38,463 nt of DNA from the NCBI GenBank assembly GCA_964567575.1, contig CAZMMZ010000005.1:28715-67177 (forward strand). Reading direction: 5' to 3'. A model generated the notes under the pieces. That model saw only the letters and a list, made by a program, of their open reading frames with translations, was not told the DNA's origin and searched no databases. This document shows positions 9,867 through 20,207 of this stretch, in pieces. Within the stretch, counting starts at the first letter, position 1. Each line of letters opens with the position of its first letter. A program made the translations under genes and the position numbers. The stretch is from Candidatus Undinarchaeota archaeon. GTDB lineage: Archaea; Undinarchaeota; Undinarchaeia; Undinarchaeales; UBA543.

Positions 9867-11090
9867 ATGACCATCACAAAACTCCGCGCTCGTGAAATTG
9901 TTGATTCTCGAGGCAATCCTACTGTTGAAGTTGAGGTCTGGAAAGGAAAGAAAAGCACAATGGCTGCTGCTCCTTCTGGTGCTTCAACTGGTGCAAATGA
10001 AGTTAAAGCATTTCCTGATAATGGAGTTTCTTCTGCAATAAAACAATTCAATTCAAAATATTCAAAAAGATTTGTTGGAGTTGAGATTGATTATCATAAA
10101 ACTGATGCGCTTTTCAGAGAAACTGATCCTGACTTTGAAATTCTTGGTGGAAATTTGTCAGTTGCACTGTCGCTTGCTGTTGGAAAATTGAAAGCACTTG
10201 TTTCTGGGAAACAATTCTATCAAATCTTTGGAAACAAACCTACAATGCCTTTCCCTCTTGGAAATGTTCTTGGTGGTGGGGTGCATGCTGGTAAAGGTAG
10301 TCCAGACTTCCAGGAATTCCTTGCAATTCCTGTTGGTGCAAAGAGAATAAAAGATGCGATTTATGCAAATGAACTTGTTCACAAAATTGTTCTTGAATTA
10401 ATTTATGATAAAATTCCTGATTTCACTCGCGGAAGAAATGATGAAGGGGGTTGGGCTCCAAGGATGACGAATCTAAATGCTCTTGAAACAGTTTCAACTG
10501 CTTGTGAGATTGCGTCGAAGCATCTTGGTTTCGCTGTGAAACCTGGTCTTGACATTGCTGCTACGCAATTTTGGGATTCTAAGAAGAATGTTTATGCATA
10601 CAGAAAAGAACACAAGCAAACTCCTGAAGCGCATCTCAATCACATGGAAGATATTGTCAAGCATTTCGGAATTGTTTATCTTGAAGATCCGTTCCACGAG
10701 CGGGATTTCGATTCATTTACTGAGCTTCGAAAGCGAGTTGGAGATCGCTGTTTAATTGTTGCTGATGATTTGACAGTTACTAATCCTCAGATTTTTGAGA
10801 AGTGTATTTCTCATAAATCTGCAAATGCAATCATTGTAAAGCCGAATCAGGTGGGCTCGTTGACCGATACAGAAAAGGTTATAAACAGGGCTATTGAGAG
10901 TAAGTACACTCCCGTAGTGTCTCACCGCTCTGGTGAAACTGCGGATACATCTATAGCTCATATTGCTGTGGGCTTTTCTGCACCCATTATCAAAACGGGT
11001 GTTACTGGTGGCGAGCGAGTTGCAAAACTTGATGAGCTTATCAGAATAGCTGAAAAGTCAAAAGCAAAAATGGCTAAATTAAGGATTTAA
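9867..11090 (+). CDS. eno: Enolase
   Basis: DSRGNPTVE, PSGASTG, DEGG, VKPNQ, SHRSGET, IKTG all intact. Confidence 0.97.
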   Translation: MTITKLRAREIVDSRGNPTVEVEVWKGKKSTMAAAPSGASTGANEVKAFPDNGVSSAIKQFNSKYSKRFVGVEIDYHKTDALFRETDPDFEILGGNLSVALSLAVGKLKALVSGKQFYQIFGNKPTMPFPLGNVLGGGVHAGKGSPDFQEFLAIPVGAKRIKDAIYANELVHKIVLELIYDKIPDFTRGRNDEGGWAPRMTNLNALETVSTACEIASKHLGFAVKPGLDIAATQFWDSKKNVYAYRKEHKQTPEAHLNHMEDIVKHFGIVYLEDPFHERDFDSFTELRKRVGDRCLIVADDLTVTNPQIFEKCISHKSANAIIVKPNQVGSLTDTEKVINRAIESKYTPVVSHRSGETADTSIAHIAVGFSAPIIKTGVTGGERVAKLDELIRIAEKSKAKMAKLRI

Positions 11091-11091
11091 A

Positions 11092-11745
11092 ATGACTGAC
11101 GAACCAAAAATTGAAGCAGAAAAAACATCTGAAATACAGGATCAAGATACTCTTGTTCCTCTAGATCAGTATCTATCCGCAGGTATACACATCGGAACTC
11201 AAAGAAAATTAAATGATATGAAAAAGTTCATTTACAAAATTAGACCTGATGGACTTTCTGTTCTTGATGTTTCTGCAATTGATCAGCGAATAAGAGCTGT
11301 ATCCACTTTAATTGCTAATTATAATCCAGAAAAAGTTATGATTGTCTGCGCTCGTGATGTTGGCAAACCAGCTGTAAAGAAATTCTGTGATCTTACCGGA
11401 ACAACTCCTATTATCACAAGATTCATGCCTGGTAGTTTAACAAATCCTTCTTATTCAAAATACACCGAACCTGAATTACTTTTTGTTATTGATCCAGGGG
11501 CTGACAAACAGGCATTGGCAGAAGCTTTGAAAATCGGAATTCCTGTTATTTCACTTTGCGATTCAAATAACATGACACAGAATATTGATCTTATTCTTCC
11601 TTCAAATAACAAAGGAAAGAAATCTTTGTCAATGTTGTTCTGGCTCTTATCCCGTGAAGTTATGTTGAAGCAAGGAAAAATCAAAAAAGCAGCTGACTTC
11701 AAATACACTGTTGAAGAATTCGAAGATTTTCCTGAAGAAGAGTAA
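11092..11745 (+). CDS. rps2: 30S ribosomal protein S2
   Basis: YLSAGIHIGT, RFMPGSLTNP, LPSNNKG. Confidence 0.97.
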   Translation: MTDEPKIEAEKTSEIQDQDTLVPLDQYLSAGIHIGTQRKLNDMKKFIYKIRPDGLSVLDVSAIDQRIRAVSTLIANYNPEKVMIVCARDVGKPAVKKFCDLTGTTPIITRFMPGSLTNPSYSKYTEPELLFVIDPGADKQALAEALKIGIPVISLCDSNNMTQNIDLILPSNNKGKKSLSMLFWLLSREVMLKQGKIKKAADFKYTVEEFEDFPEEE

Positions 11746-11784
11746 AAAGTAAAACTTATAAACCAGTATTTTTACAATTTTATT

Positions 11785-12627
11785 ATGGTAAGAGCGCCCG
11801 CAGTTGCTGGCCAATTTTACGCTGGCACAAAACCTGAGCTTGTAAAGCAGTTGAATGCTTGTTTTAAATCTAAGATTGGACCTGGGGTTTTAGCAAAAGC
11901 ACCCACTAAAAAGTTTCCAATGGTTGTTGCAGGAGTAGCTCCTCATGCTGGTTTTACTTATTCCGGTCCTGTTGCTGCGCATCTTTACAATGTTATAAAA
12001 TACAGTCAGCAAGCCAAGACTTACATTATCATTGGGCCAAATCACACTGGTCAGGGTTCTCCAATTTCAATCAGCGGTGCTGATTCTTGGGCAACTCCAC
12101 TCGGTCAAGTTAAGTTAAATTCTCAAATTGCTCAGGATCTTGTTGATGAAACTGGAATTATTGATATTGAAGAAATCTCTCATCTTTACGAACATTCTAT
12201 TGAAGTTCAACTTCCTTTCTTGCAACATGTGAACAAAGCAAAGTTTGATATTGTTCCAATTTGCATGATGCGACAAGATATACAAACTGCGCAAGAACTT
12301 GGTCAAGCAATTGCAAGGGTTTGCGAGAAAAAGAAAGTTACAGTTATTGCAAGTTCTGATTTAACTCATTACGAACCACAGAAGCAGGCAGAGAAAAAAG
12401 ATACTGAAGCAATTAAAGCAATTGAGCAATTGAATCCATTTGCTTTTAATCAAGCAATAACTAAAACCCCTTCAAGTATTTGTGGACCTGGTCCAATAAT
12501 CACCGCAATGTCATATGCAAGACGCATGGGTGCGCAAGCCGGTCATCTTTTGAAATACGCAACATCTGGGGATGTGACTGGAGAGAAAACAAAGATTGTC
12601 GGATACGCAAGTTTGTTATTTGAGTGA
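11785..12627 (+). CDS. amrB: MEMO1 family protein (AmmeMemoRadiSam protein B)
   Basis: RAPAVAGQFY, PHAGFTYSG, GPNHTG, EHSIEVQLPFLQ, ASSDLTHY. Confidence 0.93.
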   Translation: MVRAPAVAGQFYAGTKPELVKQLNACFKSKIGPGVLAKAPTKKFPMVVAGVAPHAGFTYSGPVAAHLYNVIKYSQQAKTYIIIGPNHTGQGSPISISGADSWATPLGQVKLNSQIAQDLVDETGIIDIEEISHLYEHSIEVQLPFLQHVNKAKFDIVPICMMRQDIQTAQELGQAIARVCEKKKVTVIASSDLTHYEPQKQAEKKDTEAIKAIEQLNPFAFNQAITKTPSSICGPGPIITAMSYARRMGAQAGHLLKYATSGDVTGEKTKIVGYASLLFE

Positions 12628-12634
12628 TTTTTAC

Positions 12635-12681
12635 CCCTCAAATGTGAGGTTAACCTCACATTTTGTAACTTTAACCTCACA
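12635..12681. repeat. 47-bp element, copy 1 (identical copy at 26529-26575); contains a perfect 24-bp palindrome
   Basis: CCCTCAAATGTGAGGTTAACCTCACATTTTGTAACTTTAACCTCACA read at both loci. Confidence 0.95.
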
Positions 12682-12688
12682 TTGTCAA

Positions 12689-12702
12689 CAAAACTTTATA
12701 AA
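12689..12702 (+). promoter_or_regulatory. BRE/TATA of a probably leaderless RNase J transcript
   Basis: AAAACTTTATAAA with 21 nt to ATG; 21-23 nt TATA-to-ATG spacing also seen for eno (9837), MEMO1 (11755), asnS (20478), 28541 (28510) and 29712 (29681). Confidence 0.7.
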
Positions 12703-12723
12703 CCCCATTAGGTATTTTCTATT

Positions 12724-14082
12724 ATGAGTATTGAACTTTTCGCCATTGGCGGATATGAAGAATGTGGAAAAAATATGACTGCTGTCAAAGTTGACGACCA
12801 AGTCATAATTATGGATATGGGGATTGCCCTTGACAAACTTATGTTATGGGGAGAAGAACTCAAACCAGTTCATGCAGATGAATTAACACGACTGGGTGTT
12901 CTTCCAAACGATGAGCTTCTTAACAAATATCGCGGGCAGGTTTCTGCAATTATTGCATCGCATGCTCACCTTGATCACATTGGTGCAATTGGCAAGCTAG
13001 CGAAAAAATACAATGCTCCAATTGTTGGAACTCCGTTCACTCTCGGAATTGTAAAAGAAACTTTGAAAGAAGAGCAGGATAAGCCAACCAAATTTATGGA
13101 AATGAATGCTGGAGAAGTGTTGGAGCTTGGCGATATTGCAATTGAATTCTTACATGTAACTCACTCAACTCCTCAAACAACTTTCACAGCGCTTCACACT
13201 TCTGAAGGAATTGTATTTTATGCTAATGATTACAAGTTCGATAATTATCAAGCGCTTGAAGCTCCTCCTGATTACAAACGTCTTCAAAAAATTGGGAAAG
13301 AAGGAGTCCGAGCTGTGATTGTAGAATCAGTCAGGGTTGAAGAACCAACGAAAACTCCTTCAGAAGTTGTTGCAAAAGAAATGCTAAAAGATACTCTCAC
13401 ACAAACTCTTAATGACGACGCTGGGATTCTAATTACTTGTTTCAGTTCTCATATCGAGCGACTTAATTCAATTCTCGAAGTTGCTAAAAAACTTGGACGA
13501 AACATTTGTTTCTGCGGAAGTTCTCTTGCAAAATATACAAAAGTTGCAGAGAAATGTGGTATTAGAAATTTCTCTGACGAAGTTGAAATTTACGGAAGAA
13601 CCAAAGGACGCAAGCGCGTTTTGCAGGAAGCTGCGAAGCATAAGAAAGATTATATTTTTGTTGTCACTGGCGGGCAAGGAGAACCTAATGCAGTTTTATC
13701 ACGGATTGCAAATGGTGAATATGATTATAAAATCGGTGCTGGGGATGAAGTTATTTTTTCATGCTCAACAATTCCAAACCCAAGCAACATTGCTAATCGA
13801 GATTCACTTGAAAGCAAATTACAATTCTATGGCGCGCGAATTTTCAGAGATGTGCATGTTAGTGGTCACGCTGGCAAGGAAGATCATCGCGATTTAATTA
13901 ATATGTTAAATCCTGATCATATTATTCCATGTCACGGTGGTCTTGACAAACTTTCTGCTTATGCAAAACTCGCTTCTGAAATTGACAAAGAGCACGATTC
14001 AGATAAATATCTTCTAGGAGAAACAGTCCATCTTCTTAGAGATGGCCAGCGTTTAGAAATTCCTTCTAAATTAAAAACCTAA
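12724..14082 (+). CDS. rnj: Ribonuclease J
   Basis: IGGYEECGKNMTA, HAHLDHIG, THST, GGQGEP, HVSGH. Confidence 0.95.
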   Translation: MSIELFAIGGYEECGKNMTAVKVDDQVIIMDMGIALDKLMLWGEELKPVHADELTRLGVLPNDELLNKYRGQVSAIIASHAHLDHIGAIGKLAKKYNAPIVGTPFTLGIVKETLKEEQDKPTKFMEMNAGEVLELGDIAIEFLHVTHSTPQTTFTALHTSEGIVFYANDYKFDNYQALEAPPDYKRLQKIGKEGVRAVIVESVRVEEPTKTPSEVVAKEMLKDTLTQTLNDDAGILITCFSSHIERLNSILEVAKKLGRNICFCGSSLAKYTKVAEKCGIRNFSDEVEIYGRTKGRKRVLQEAAKHKKDYIFVVTGGQGEPNAVLSRIANGEYDYKIGAGDEVIFSCSTIPNPSNIANRDSLESKLQFYGARIFRDVHVSGHAGKEDHRDLINMLNPDHIIPCHGGLDKLSAYAKLASEIDKEHDSDKYLLGETVHLLRDGQRLEIPSKLKT

Positions 14083-14999
14083 AACACGCTCGCAACAAAC
14101 ATTGTCATCAAAGGCATAAGCGCCAGCACTACTGCTGCTGTTGAAACAAGTGATATGAAAATTGCTGATGTCATTGTTGCTTCATATTTTTCTTTCATTG
14201 CCATTGCATATGCTAGATAGCTGTACATTGAAATTACAATTATGAAAAATATCAAAAGTACAATTGCGCCAAGCATTCCTGCATTTATTGTTTTTGCAAT
14301 GAAACTTGCAGATCCAATTAATTCTGAAATAAACAAAATTGGGATTATCATAAGATTGATTAAGCCAATTGCAATTGAGCAAGCTCCAAATGGAATTCCA
14401 ATTATTTTGTAAGCTTTCCACATTGTGCTCTTGTGATACAATCCGTGCAAAATCAAATGAGCTACAAAAGCGATACCAAGCAACGGTAGGAAGTAATGCA
14501 AAATTGCTACAATTAAATTTCCAAGAACTCCTGTTAATGTTAATCCACCAAATCCAATTACTGCTGAGAAACTTCCTTGCGGTGCAATTATCAAAGTGAA
14601 TTTATTCATAATCTGCGAAGGCAATGTCATTGTTCCTTCAAGAAGCACTCTTTGTAATATAAAAGAAAGGAATAAAATCGTAACTGAAATTGCTCCCATT
14701 AAACCAACGTGAGTTAATTTGCTGTGCTCTGCAGTTTCTTTCATTGTTTTTTCTGGTTCAAAGAAAACTCCAGGAATCCAACTCAGAACGTGCATGAATG
14801 TTTGTCCCTGCAAAAGTTTTTGGTTAGTTTTTCCAGCAGGTTTTTTACCTGACACATGATGTCGAATTTGTACAATTTCAACATCAGGATAACCTTGCGT
14901 TTTCAAATGAGACAAAAGCTTTTCTAGCTCATGTCCTTTTGAAAGGCCATCTTTCACCCATGCGATAAGTTCGTGTTTTACCATTGTATCAATTGGCAT
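14079..14999 (-). CDS. Yip1-domain multi-pass membrane protein with N-terminal helical domain (likely start ATG 14999)
   Basis: VFFEPEKTMKE then ~5 hydrophobic segments incl. AHLILHGL...KIIGIP resembling Yip1; N-terminal WVKDGLSKGH...LKTQGY repeat-like helical unit. Confidence 0.6.
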   Translation of the reverse strand: MPIDTMVKHELIAWVKDGLSKGHELEKLLSHLKTQGYPDVEIVQIRHHVSGKKPAGKTNQKLLQGQTFMHVLSWIPGVFFEPEKTMKETAEHSKLTHVGLMGAISVTILFLSFILQRVLLEGTMTLPSQIMNKFTLIIAPQGSFSAVIGFGGLTLTGVLGNLIVAILHYFLPLLGIAFVAHLILHGLYHKSTMWKAYKIIGIPFGACSIAIGLINLMIIPILFISELIGSASFIAKTINAGMLGAIVLLIFFIIVISMYSYLAYAMAMKEKYEATMTSAIFISLVSTAAVVLALMPLMTMFVASVF

Positions 15000-15072
15000 A
15001 TGCAAATTCAGTTTATAAGAATTTTCATAGACCTATTATATCTTTATATATTATAGAGACTTATCCAACCGC

Positions 15073-16743
15073 ATGAAACTCGACAATCTTATTGAAAAGC
15101 ACGTTCTTGCCAATGCAATTCAGCATAATGGCAAAGCTAATCCAGGTGCTATTGTTGGTCGAGTTCTTGGTGAAGATCCTTCTCAGAAAAAAAATATTCC
15201 AGAGCTTCAGAAAAAGATTGCATTAGTTGTGAAAGAAATCAACGCGCTTGATGTTGATTCTCAAAAAGAAAAACTTTTAAAAATTTGGCCAGAGTTTTTT
15301 GAAGAAAAAGTAGAAGCTCCAAAAGAACTTCCTGAATTACCAAATGCAAAAATGGGGAAAGTTATAACTCGCTTACCACCTGAGCCAAATGGGCACATGC
15401 ATATCGGTCATGCAATTTCATTTTTCTTTAATGAGTATTACGCCAAGAAATACAAGGGCAAACTTCTCCTGCGATTTGAGGATACAAATCCTGGAAAAGA
15501 GAAAAAGGAATTTTATGATTCAATTGTTGAAGATATTGAATGGCTTGGTATAATATATAGAGAGAGGAAAAACGACTCAGATTTCATTGATCTTTTTTAT
15601 GAGAAAGCTGAGGAATTAATTAACAAAGGAAATGCATACATCTGCACTTGCCCTGTTGAAGTTTCTCGAAAAAACCGATATGATGCACTTGACTGCAAAT
15701 GTCGAAAGAAAAAGCCTGCAGAGAATTTGAAACTTTGGAAAGAAATGTTAAAAGATATGGCTCCTGGCAAAGCAGTTCTCAGATTGAAAGCTGACATGCA
15801 ATCCAAAAACAGTGTAATGCGCGACCCAACTCTTTTCAGAATTACTGAAGATAGCCATCCATTGCAAAAGAAAAAATATCGCGTGTGGCCGTTGTATGAT
15901 TTTGCAAATTCAATTGCTGATGCTGAGAGCGGCATAACGCACGTGCTGCGATCCAATGAATTTGTTCAACGTGATGAATTACAAAACAAATTGCGAGAAC
16001 TTCTTGGATATAAAAATCCAGAAATCATTTCCTATTCCAGAATCAACACAAGCGGTGCTCCAACTTCTAAGAGAGAAATCCAACCCTTAATCGATAGCGG
16101 TGACGTCACTGGTTGGGACGATCCACGTCTTGTAACAATTAAAGGATTGAAGAAACGTGGTATTTTGCCAGAGACTTTGCGCCAACTTGCATTGGAAGTT
16201 CGCATGACAAAGAGCTCAACCACTATTGATTACAAAACTATTTTCGGAATCAACAGAAAAATTTTGGATGAGAAAGTTGATCATTATTTCTTTGTTCCAA
16301 ATCCAATTAAAATAAAAGTTAAGAATGCTCCTGGAAAAATCGCAGAATTAAAAATGCATCCAGAATTTCCAAAGCGCGGAAAACGAAAAGTGAAAACAAG
16401 CGACACATTTTTCATCAGCGCTGATGATGAAAAGTCTTTGAAGAAAGGTACAGTCTTCCGATTAAAGGATCTCTATAATGTCAAATATTTAGGTAATGGA
16501 AAAGCGGAATTTGATTCAATGGATGTTAAACAAAACACAAATAAAATTCAATGGGTCACTGAAGAAAATATTAAAATTGAAGTTTTAGTTCCTGGGGAAG
16601 TTGGCAAAAATGGTTTAAAAACCCTGAAAGGTGTTGCAGAGCAAGCTATTGAAAAAATTGAACCTGAACAAGTTGTGCAATTTGAAAGATTTGGTTTTTG
16701 CAAAAAGGAAAATTCTTCTAAATTCGTTATGTCGCACAAGTGA
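15073..16743 (+). CDS. gltX: Glutamyl-tRNA synthetase (archaeal type)
   Basis: RLPPEPNGHMHIGH, LRFEDTNP, MRDP, WPLYDFA, QFERFGF. Confidence 0.96.
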   Translation: MKLDNLIEKHVLANAIQHNGKANPGAIVGRVLGEDPSQKKNIPELQKKIALVVKEINALDVDSQKEKLLKIWPEFFEEKVEAPKELPELPNAKMGKVITRLPPEPNGHMHIGHAISFFFNEYYAKKYKGKLLLRFEDTNPGKEKKEFYDSIVEDIEWLGIIYRERKNDSDFIDLFYEKAEELINKGNAYICTCPVEVSRKNRYDALDCKCRKKKPAENLKLWKEMLKDMAPGKAVLRLKADMQSKNSVMRDPTLFRITEDSHPLQKKKYRVWPLYDFANSIADAESGITHVLRSNEFVQRDELQNKLRELLGYKNPEIISYSRINTSGAPTSKREIQPLIDSGDVTGWDDPRLVTIKGLKKRGILPETLRQLALEVRMTKSSTTIDYKTIFGINRKILDEKVDHYFFVPNPIKIKVKNAPGKIAELKMHPEFPKRGKRKVKTSDTFFISADDEKSLKKGTVFRLKDLYNVKYLGNGKAEFDSMDVKQNTNKIQWVTEENIKIEVLVPGEVGKNGLKTLKGVAEQAIEKIEPEQVVQFERFGFCKKENSSKFVMSHK

Positions 16744-16831
16744 GTGTGTTTCTTGCTAATTGTTTCTAAAACTAATGACATATGTCACCCACGTAACCTA
16801 TATAAACCTTATGTAACTATCGTCCTTAGAG

Positions 16832-18940
16832 ATGGTAAATTCCATGAAAAAAATAATGATTATTCTGCTTGTTTTAACACTACTTCTAGTAAGTAGCGCA
16901 GCTGTGACTGCAAAAATTGTTAGCATTAATGGTGCTGCTGGTGATGAGTGGCCAGTTAACAATACTGTAAATAACAGTGCTACTAATACTAGTTTTATTT
17001 GTAATTATTCTTCTAATGAATCTTTTACTAATGAATCTCACACATATATTTCATTATGGGCTAACTTTAACAATTCAACAGAAGGCGAACTCACTCTAAT
17101 TTATAACTATACTTCTACTGAAAGTGGTGGTTCAGATGTCAATAATACTAATGTTACTATTACACAAGATATTCTTGATGGAAATTGGACTTGGGCCTGC
17201 CGAGGACAAGACAGCACTTACAACTTTTCTACTGATTTAAATAAAGAAGTGTATATTAATATGACTGGTAATTATTCTATTTACATAAATAGTTCAGATC
17301 CAAATGCATCTCAGCCAGCTATTAATTTATCAACCTCAACTGGTCACTTTGTCAAAGCTGGAGATATACTTAACATTTCATTTATGGTAAATGACAGTGA
17401 TTTGAATTTGGATAATGTTAATATTACTATTCTAAATGCAACTGGTAATGCAGGTATTAGTTATTATAATATGACTACAACTTGTGTATATGCTAACACT
17501 TCTACTGGTTTCTGGTGGAATTGTTCTGGATTGTATGTAGTTAATTCATCTCAGAATGCTAATTATACAATTGGAGTAAACACATCTGATAATGCAAGCC
17601 GACGCACATATGTTAATGCTTCTAATCTTGATGAAGATTCTACTTGGTTCGTAATTGATAATAATGTTCCAGTGTTCTCAAACCCAGGATACAACAATTC
17701 ATCTAATAAGTATATTTCAGGAAAGGATACAATTAACATATCATTTATTGTGAATGATACTTACTACAATAATACTATGGTTAATATTACTATCATAAAT
17801 GCTTCTAATAGTAATCTTACAATTAATGATACTATAGCAAATTGTACTACTACTGCTCCTCCAGCTTCTGGTAGTATAAATTGTACGTTGGATTGGGTAC
17901 CAAATGCAACTGGTAATTACACATTCAAAGTTACAGCATATGATAATGCATCTAACAGTGCTTCAGGTATAGCTACTGATTATAACTCAGATATGTGGTT
18001 CCAAGTGTATAATAGTAATACTAGTGTAGTAACAACTTCTCTGTTCCCAGAATCAGGATCAGGAACAGCTACTCTTTCTACTATTATTTCTGTAGCTTTC
18101 GATCATCATATGGATGAAAATAATATGTCTGAGGATAGTAGTTTCTATGTGAATGAAACTGATGGCACTACAGTTGCTGGTACTGTGTCTACTGTTGATA
18201 ATATAACCTGGATTTTCGACCCAACCAGTGATCTTTCTTCAGATACTCAGTATAATGTAACTGTTACACAACGTGCAACTGATAAAGCAGGAAATCCTAT
18301 GACAACTCAATCTACATGGTGGTTCAAGACTGCTGGTACTGGTAGCCCTGAATCTCCTGCTGGTGGCGGAGGCGGTGCTGGTGGTGCTGCGGTTCCTGCA
18401 ATGAAGTTCGAAGAGTCAGTTGATGCAGAAACTGGTGAAACTGTAGAAATCGCTTTAATGACACTTGTTGAAGGTTCAGTCCGCGGTGTTAAAATGGAAG
18501 TTGCAACTTCCTCTGGTGGTACATCCACAGAAAGCCATACCATGACTGTTAAAGAGATTGGTGCAAGCTGGGCTGTTGTGACAGTTGCTTCAACTCCTAT
18601 GGATTACACACTCAGAATTGGTAGGCCAAAATATGTTGATCTTAATGACGATGGTCTAAGTGATCTTCGACTTGAGTTACTAGGACTTAAGAAAGGTGTT
18701 GCTGACATTTCAGTTAAGAAGCTTGCTGATGGTTTCGCAGCTGCAAAAGAAACTGTAACAGTTCCATCAACAACCACAGCCCCAATAAAAGATGAGCCTG
18801 TTGATACTTCAGCTGATGAAGCAACAACAGTATCTGATGTCCCAACAATGCCAAACCTACCACAGTGGGTATACTGGATTATTGGACTTGCAATTGTCGG
18901 TGCTGGATTAGCATACTGGGCTGTTAGCAAGAAGAAATAA
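16832..18940 (+). CDS. Secreted, C-terminally anchored Asn-rich glycoprotein (S-layer/cell-surface-like) with Ig-like domain
   Basis: N-terminal signal peptide, dozens of N-x-S/T sequons, Big_5-like segment (FDHHMD...ATDKAGNPM), poly-Gly linker, C-terminal TM helix + KKK. Confidence 0.75.
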   Translation: MVNSMKKIMIILLVLTLLLVSSAAVTAKIVSINGAAGDEWPVNNTVNNSATNTSFICNYSSNESFTNESHTYISLWANFNNSTEGELTLIYNYTSTESGGSDVNNTNVTITQDILDGNWTWACRGQDSTYNFSTDLNKEVYINMTGNYSIYINSSDPNASQPAINLSTSTGHFVKAGDILNISFMVNDSDLNLDNVNITILNATGNAGISYYNMTTTCVYANTSTGFWWNCSGLYVVNSSQNANYTIGVNTSDNASRRTYVNASNLDEDSTWFVIDNNVPVFSNPGYNNSSNKYISGKDTINISFIVNDTYYNNTMVNITIINASNSNLTINDTIANCTTTAPPASGSINCTLDWVPNATGNYTFKVTAYDNASNSASGIATDYNSDMWFQVYNSNTSVVTTSLFPESGSGTATLSTIISVAFDHHMDENNMSEDSSFYVNETDGTTVAGTVSTVDNITWIFDPTSDLSSDTQYNVTVTQRATDKAGNPMTTQSTWWFKTAGTGSPESPAGGGGGAGGAAVPAMKFEESVDAETGETVEIALMTLVEGSVRGVKMEVATSSGGTSTESHTMTVKEIGASWAVVTVASTPMDYTLRIGRPKYVDLNDDGLSDLRLELLGLKKGVADISVKKLADGFAAAKETVTVPSTTTAPIKDEPVDTSADEATTVSDVPTMPNLPQWVYWIIGLAIVGAGLAYWAVSKKK

Positions 18941-18951
18941 ACATACTTTAG

Positions 18952-19003
18952 CTCTGGGGTTTAAAACCCCTGGAGTAACCTTATTTTTTTAGGTTTTTTA
19001 TTT
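18952..19003 (+). terminator. Hairpin plus T-tract after the surface protein gene
   Basis: CTCTGGGGTTTAAAACCCCTGGAG stem-loop followed by T-rich run. Confidence 0.55.
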
Positions 19004-19042
19004 GAGCATAAGCTATACGCTATTTAGTTTCTAATTAATTAG

Positions 19043-19081
19043 AAAAAGGGTGGGAGCCCAGGGCTTAATACAGCCCTGAGC
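19043..19081 (-). terminator. ftsZ terminator-like hairpin plus U-tract
   Basis: Minus strand GCTCAGGGCT-GTATTA-AGCCCTGGGC (10-bp stem, one G-U) then TTTTT. Confidence 0.6.
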
Positions 19082-19103
19082 AGAATGGCTTTTCCTAGAG
19101 AAT

Positions 19104-20207
19104 TTAGGAAAGGTAATCTATTGACAGCTCTTTCATCATGGGAGGCTGTTTACTGCGTAGGTTTGTAGTTGTTGTCGGAACTGTATCAGCTATGCTGCAG
19201 CGTTTTCCCATGATATTTGGGCTTTTCACTCCAGTTATAATGGTCATAACTCGAATCTTTCCTTCCATTTGTGGATCGATTCTTGCTCCCCATATAACCT
19301 GTGCGCTTGGGTCAAGTGCGCCTGAGATTGCATCTCCTGCGTCTGTGACTTCAGATAAAGTCATGTTTGGTCCACCAGTAACGTGGATTAATGCACCACT
19401 TGCGCCTCTATAATCGACATCAAGGAGTGGATGATTCATAGCGTCGTGAACAGCTTCTTCTACTCGGTTCTTTCCTTCTGATTCACCAACACCAATCATT
19501 GCTACGCCTCCGCCGGTCATAGTAGATTTAACATCTGCGTAATCCAGATTCATCAAACTAGGTACAGTGATTGTTTCTGTAATTCCTTTCATCATTGTAG
19601 CTATTAGCTCATCTGCAACGCCAAACGCTTGATCTACTGGCAAGTCTGGTACATATTCAAGTAGTTTGTTGTTATCAACAACAATTACAGTATCGCAGTG
19701 CTCTCTTAGCTCAACGAGACCTTCTTCTGCTTTTAAAATGCGTGCTTTTTCCAGATCAAAAGGAGTTGTTACAGTTGCTACAACAATAGCACCTGCGTTC
19801 TTTGCGATTTCTGCAACTACTGGTAGTGATCCTGTTCCGGTTCCTCCACCAAGTCCGCATGTCAAGAAAACAAGATTTGCATCTTTTACAAATTCTTTAA
19901 TCTCGTTCTTGCTTGCGACAGCTGCTTCTCGCCCGACTTCTGGGTATCCGCCAGCGCCGAGTCCTTTTGTCTGTTGATATCCAAGCAATAATTTATGGTC
20001 TGCTTTGGACATTTCTAAATGCTGAGCGTCAGTATTAATTATGACACTCTTAGCACCCTTTACTCCACCCATATTCATGAGACGAGTAATAGAGTTGTTG
20101 CCTGCACCACCTGCACCGAGAACCACTATGTTAGCGGCCATTGCACTGCTAGGTGATGTCGTTTCTTCTGGTTGCCTGTCTAGGGCGTTTTTTACTAGGA
20201 AATCCAT
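19104..20207 (-). CDS. ftsZ: Cell division protein FtsZ, FtsZ2 subtype
   Basis: GAGGAGNN, GGGTGTG, NLDYADV; DAMNHPLLDVDYRGASG and GLGAGG match the FtsZ2 subfamily; GGAGG SD at 20221-20225. Confidence 0.95.
   Translation of the reverse strand: MDFLVKNALDRQPEETTSPSSAMAANIVVLGAGGAGNNSITRLMNMGGVKGAKSVIINTDAQHLEMSKADHKLLLGYQQTKGLGAGGYPEVGREAAVASKNEIKEFVKDANLVFLTCGLGGGTGTGSLPVVAEIAKNAGAIVVATVTTPFDLEKARILKAEEGLVELREHCDTVIVVDNNKLLEYVPDLPVDQAFGVADELIATMMKGITETITVPSLMNLDYADVKSTMTGGGVAMIGVGESEGKNRVEEAVHDAMNHPLLDVDYRGASGALIHVTGGPNMTLSEVTDAGDAISGALDPSAQVIWGARIDPQMEGKIRVMTIITGVKSPNIMGKRCSIADTVPTTTTNLRSKQPPMMKELSIDYLS

Noticed and set aside
12635-12681. CRISPR repeat or dif site
   Set aside because: Only two dispersed copies with no spacers; the palindrome has no 6-bp spacer and no Xer or Cas gene is in the window
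19028-19045. 18-bp perfect palindrome TTTCTAATTAATTAGAAA between convergent genes
   Set aside because: Pure A/T-rich and single copy; explained as part of the bidirectional terminator region
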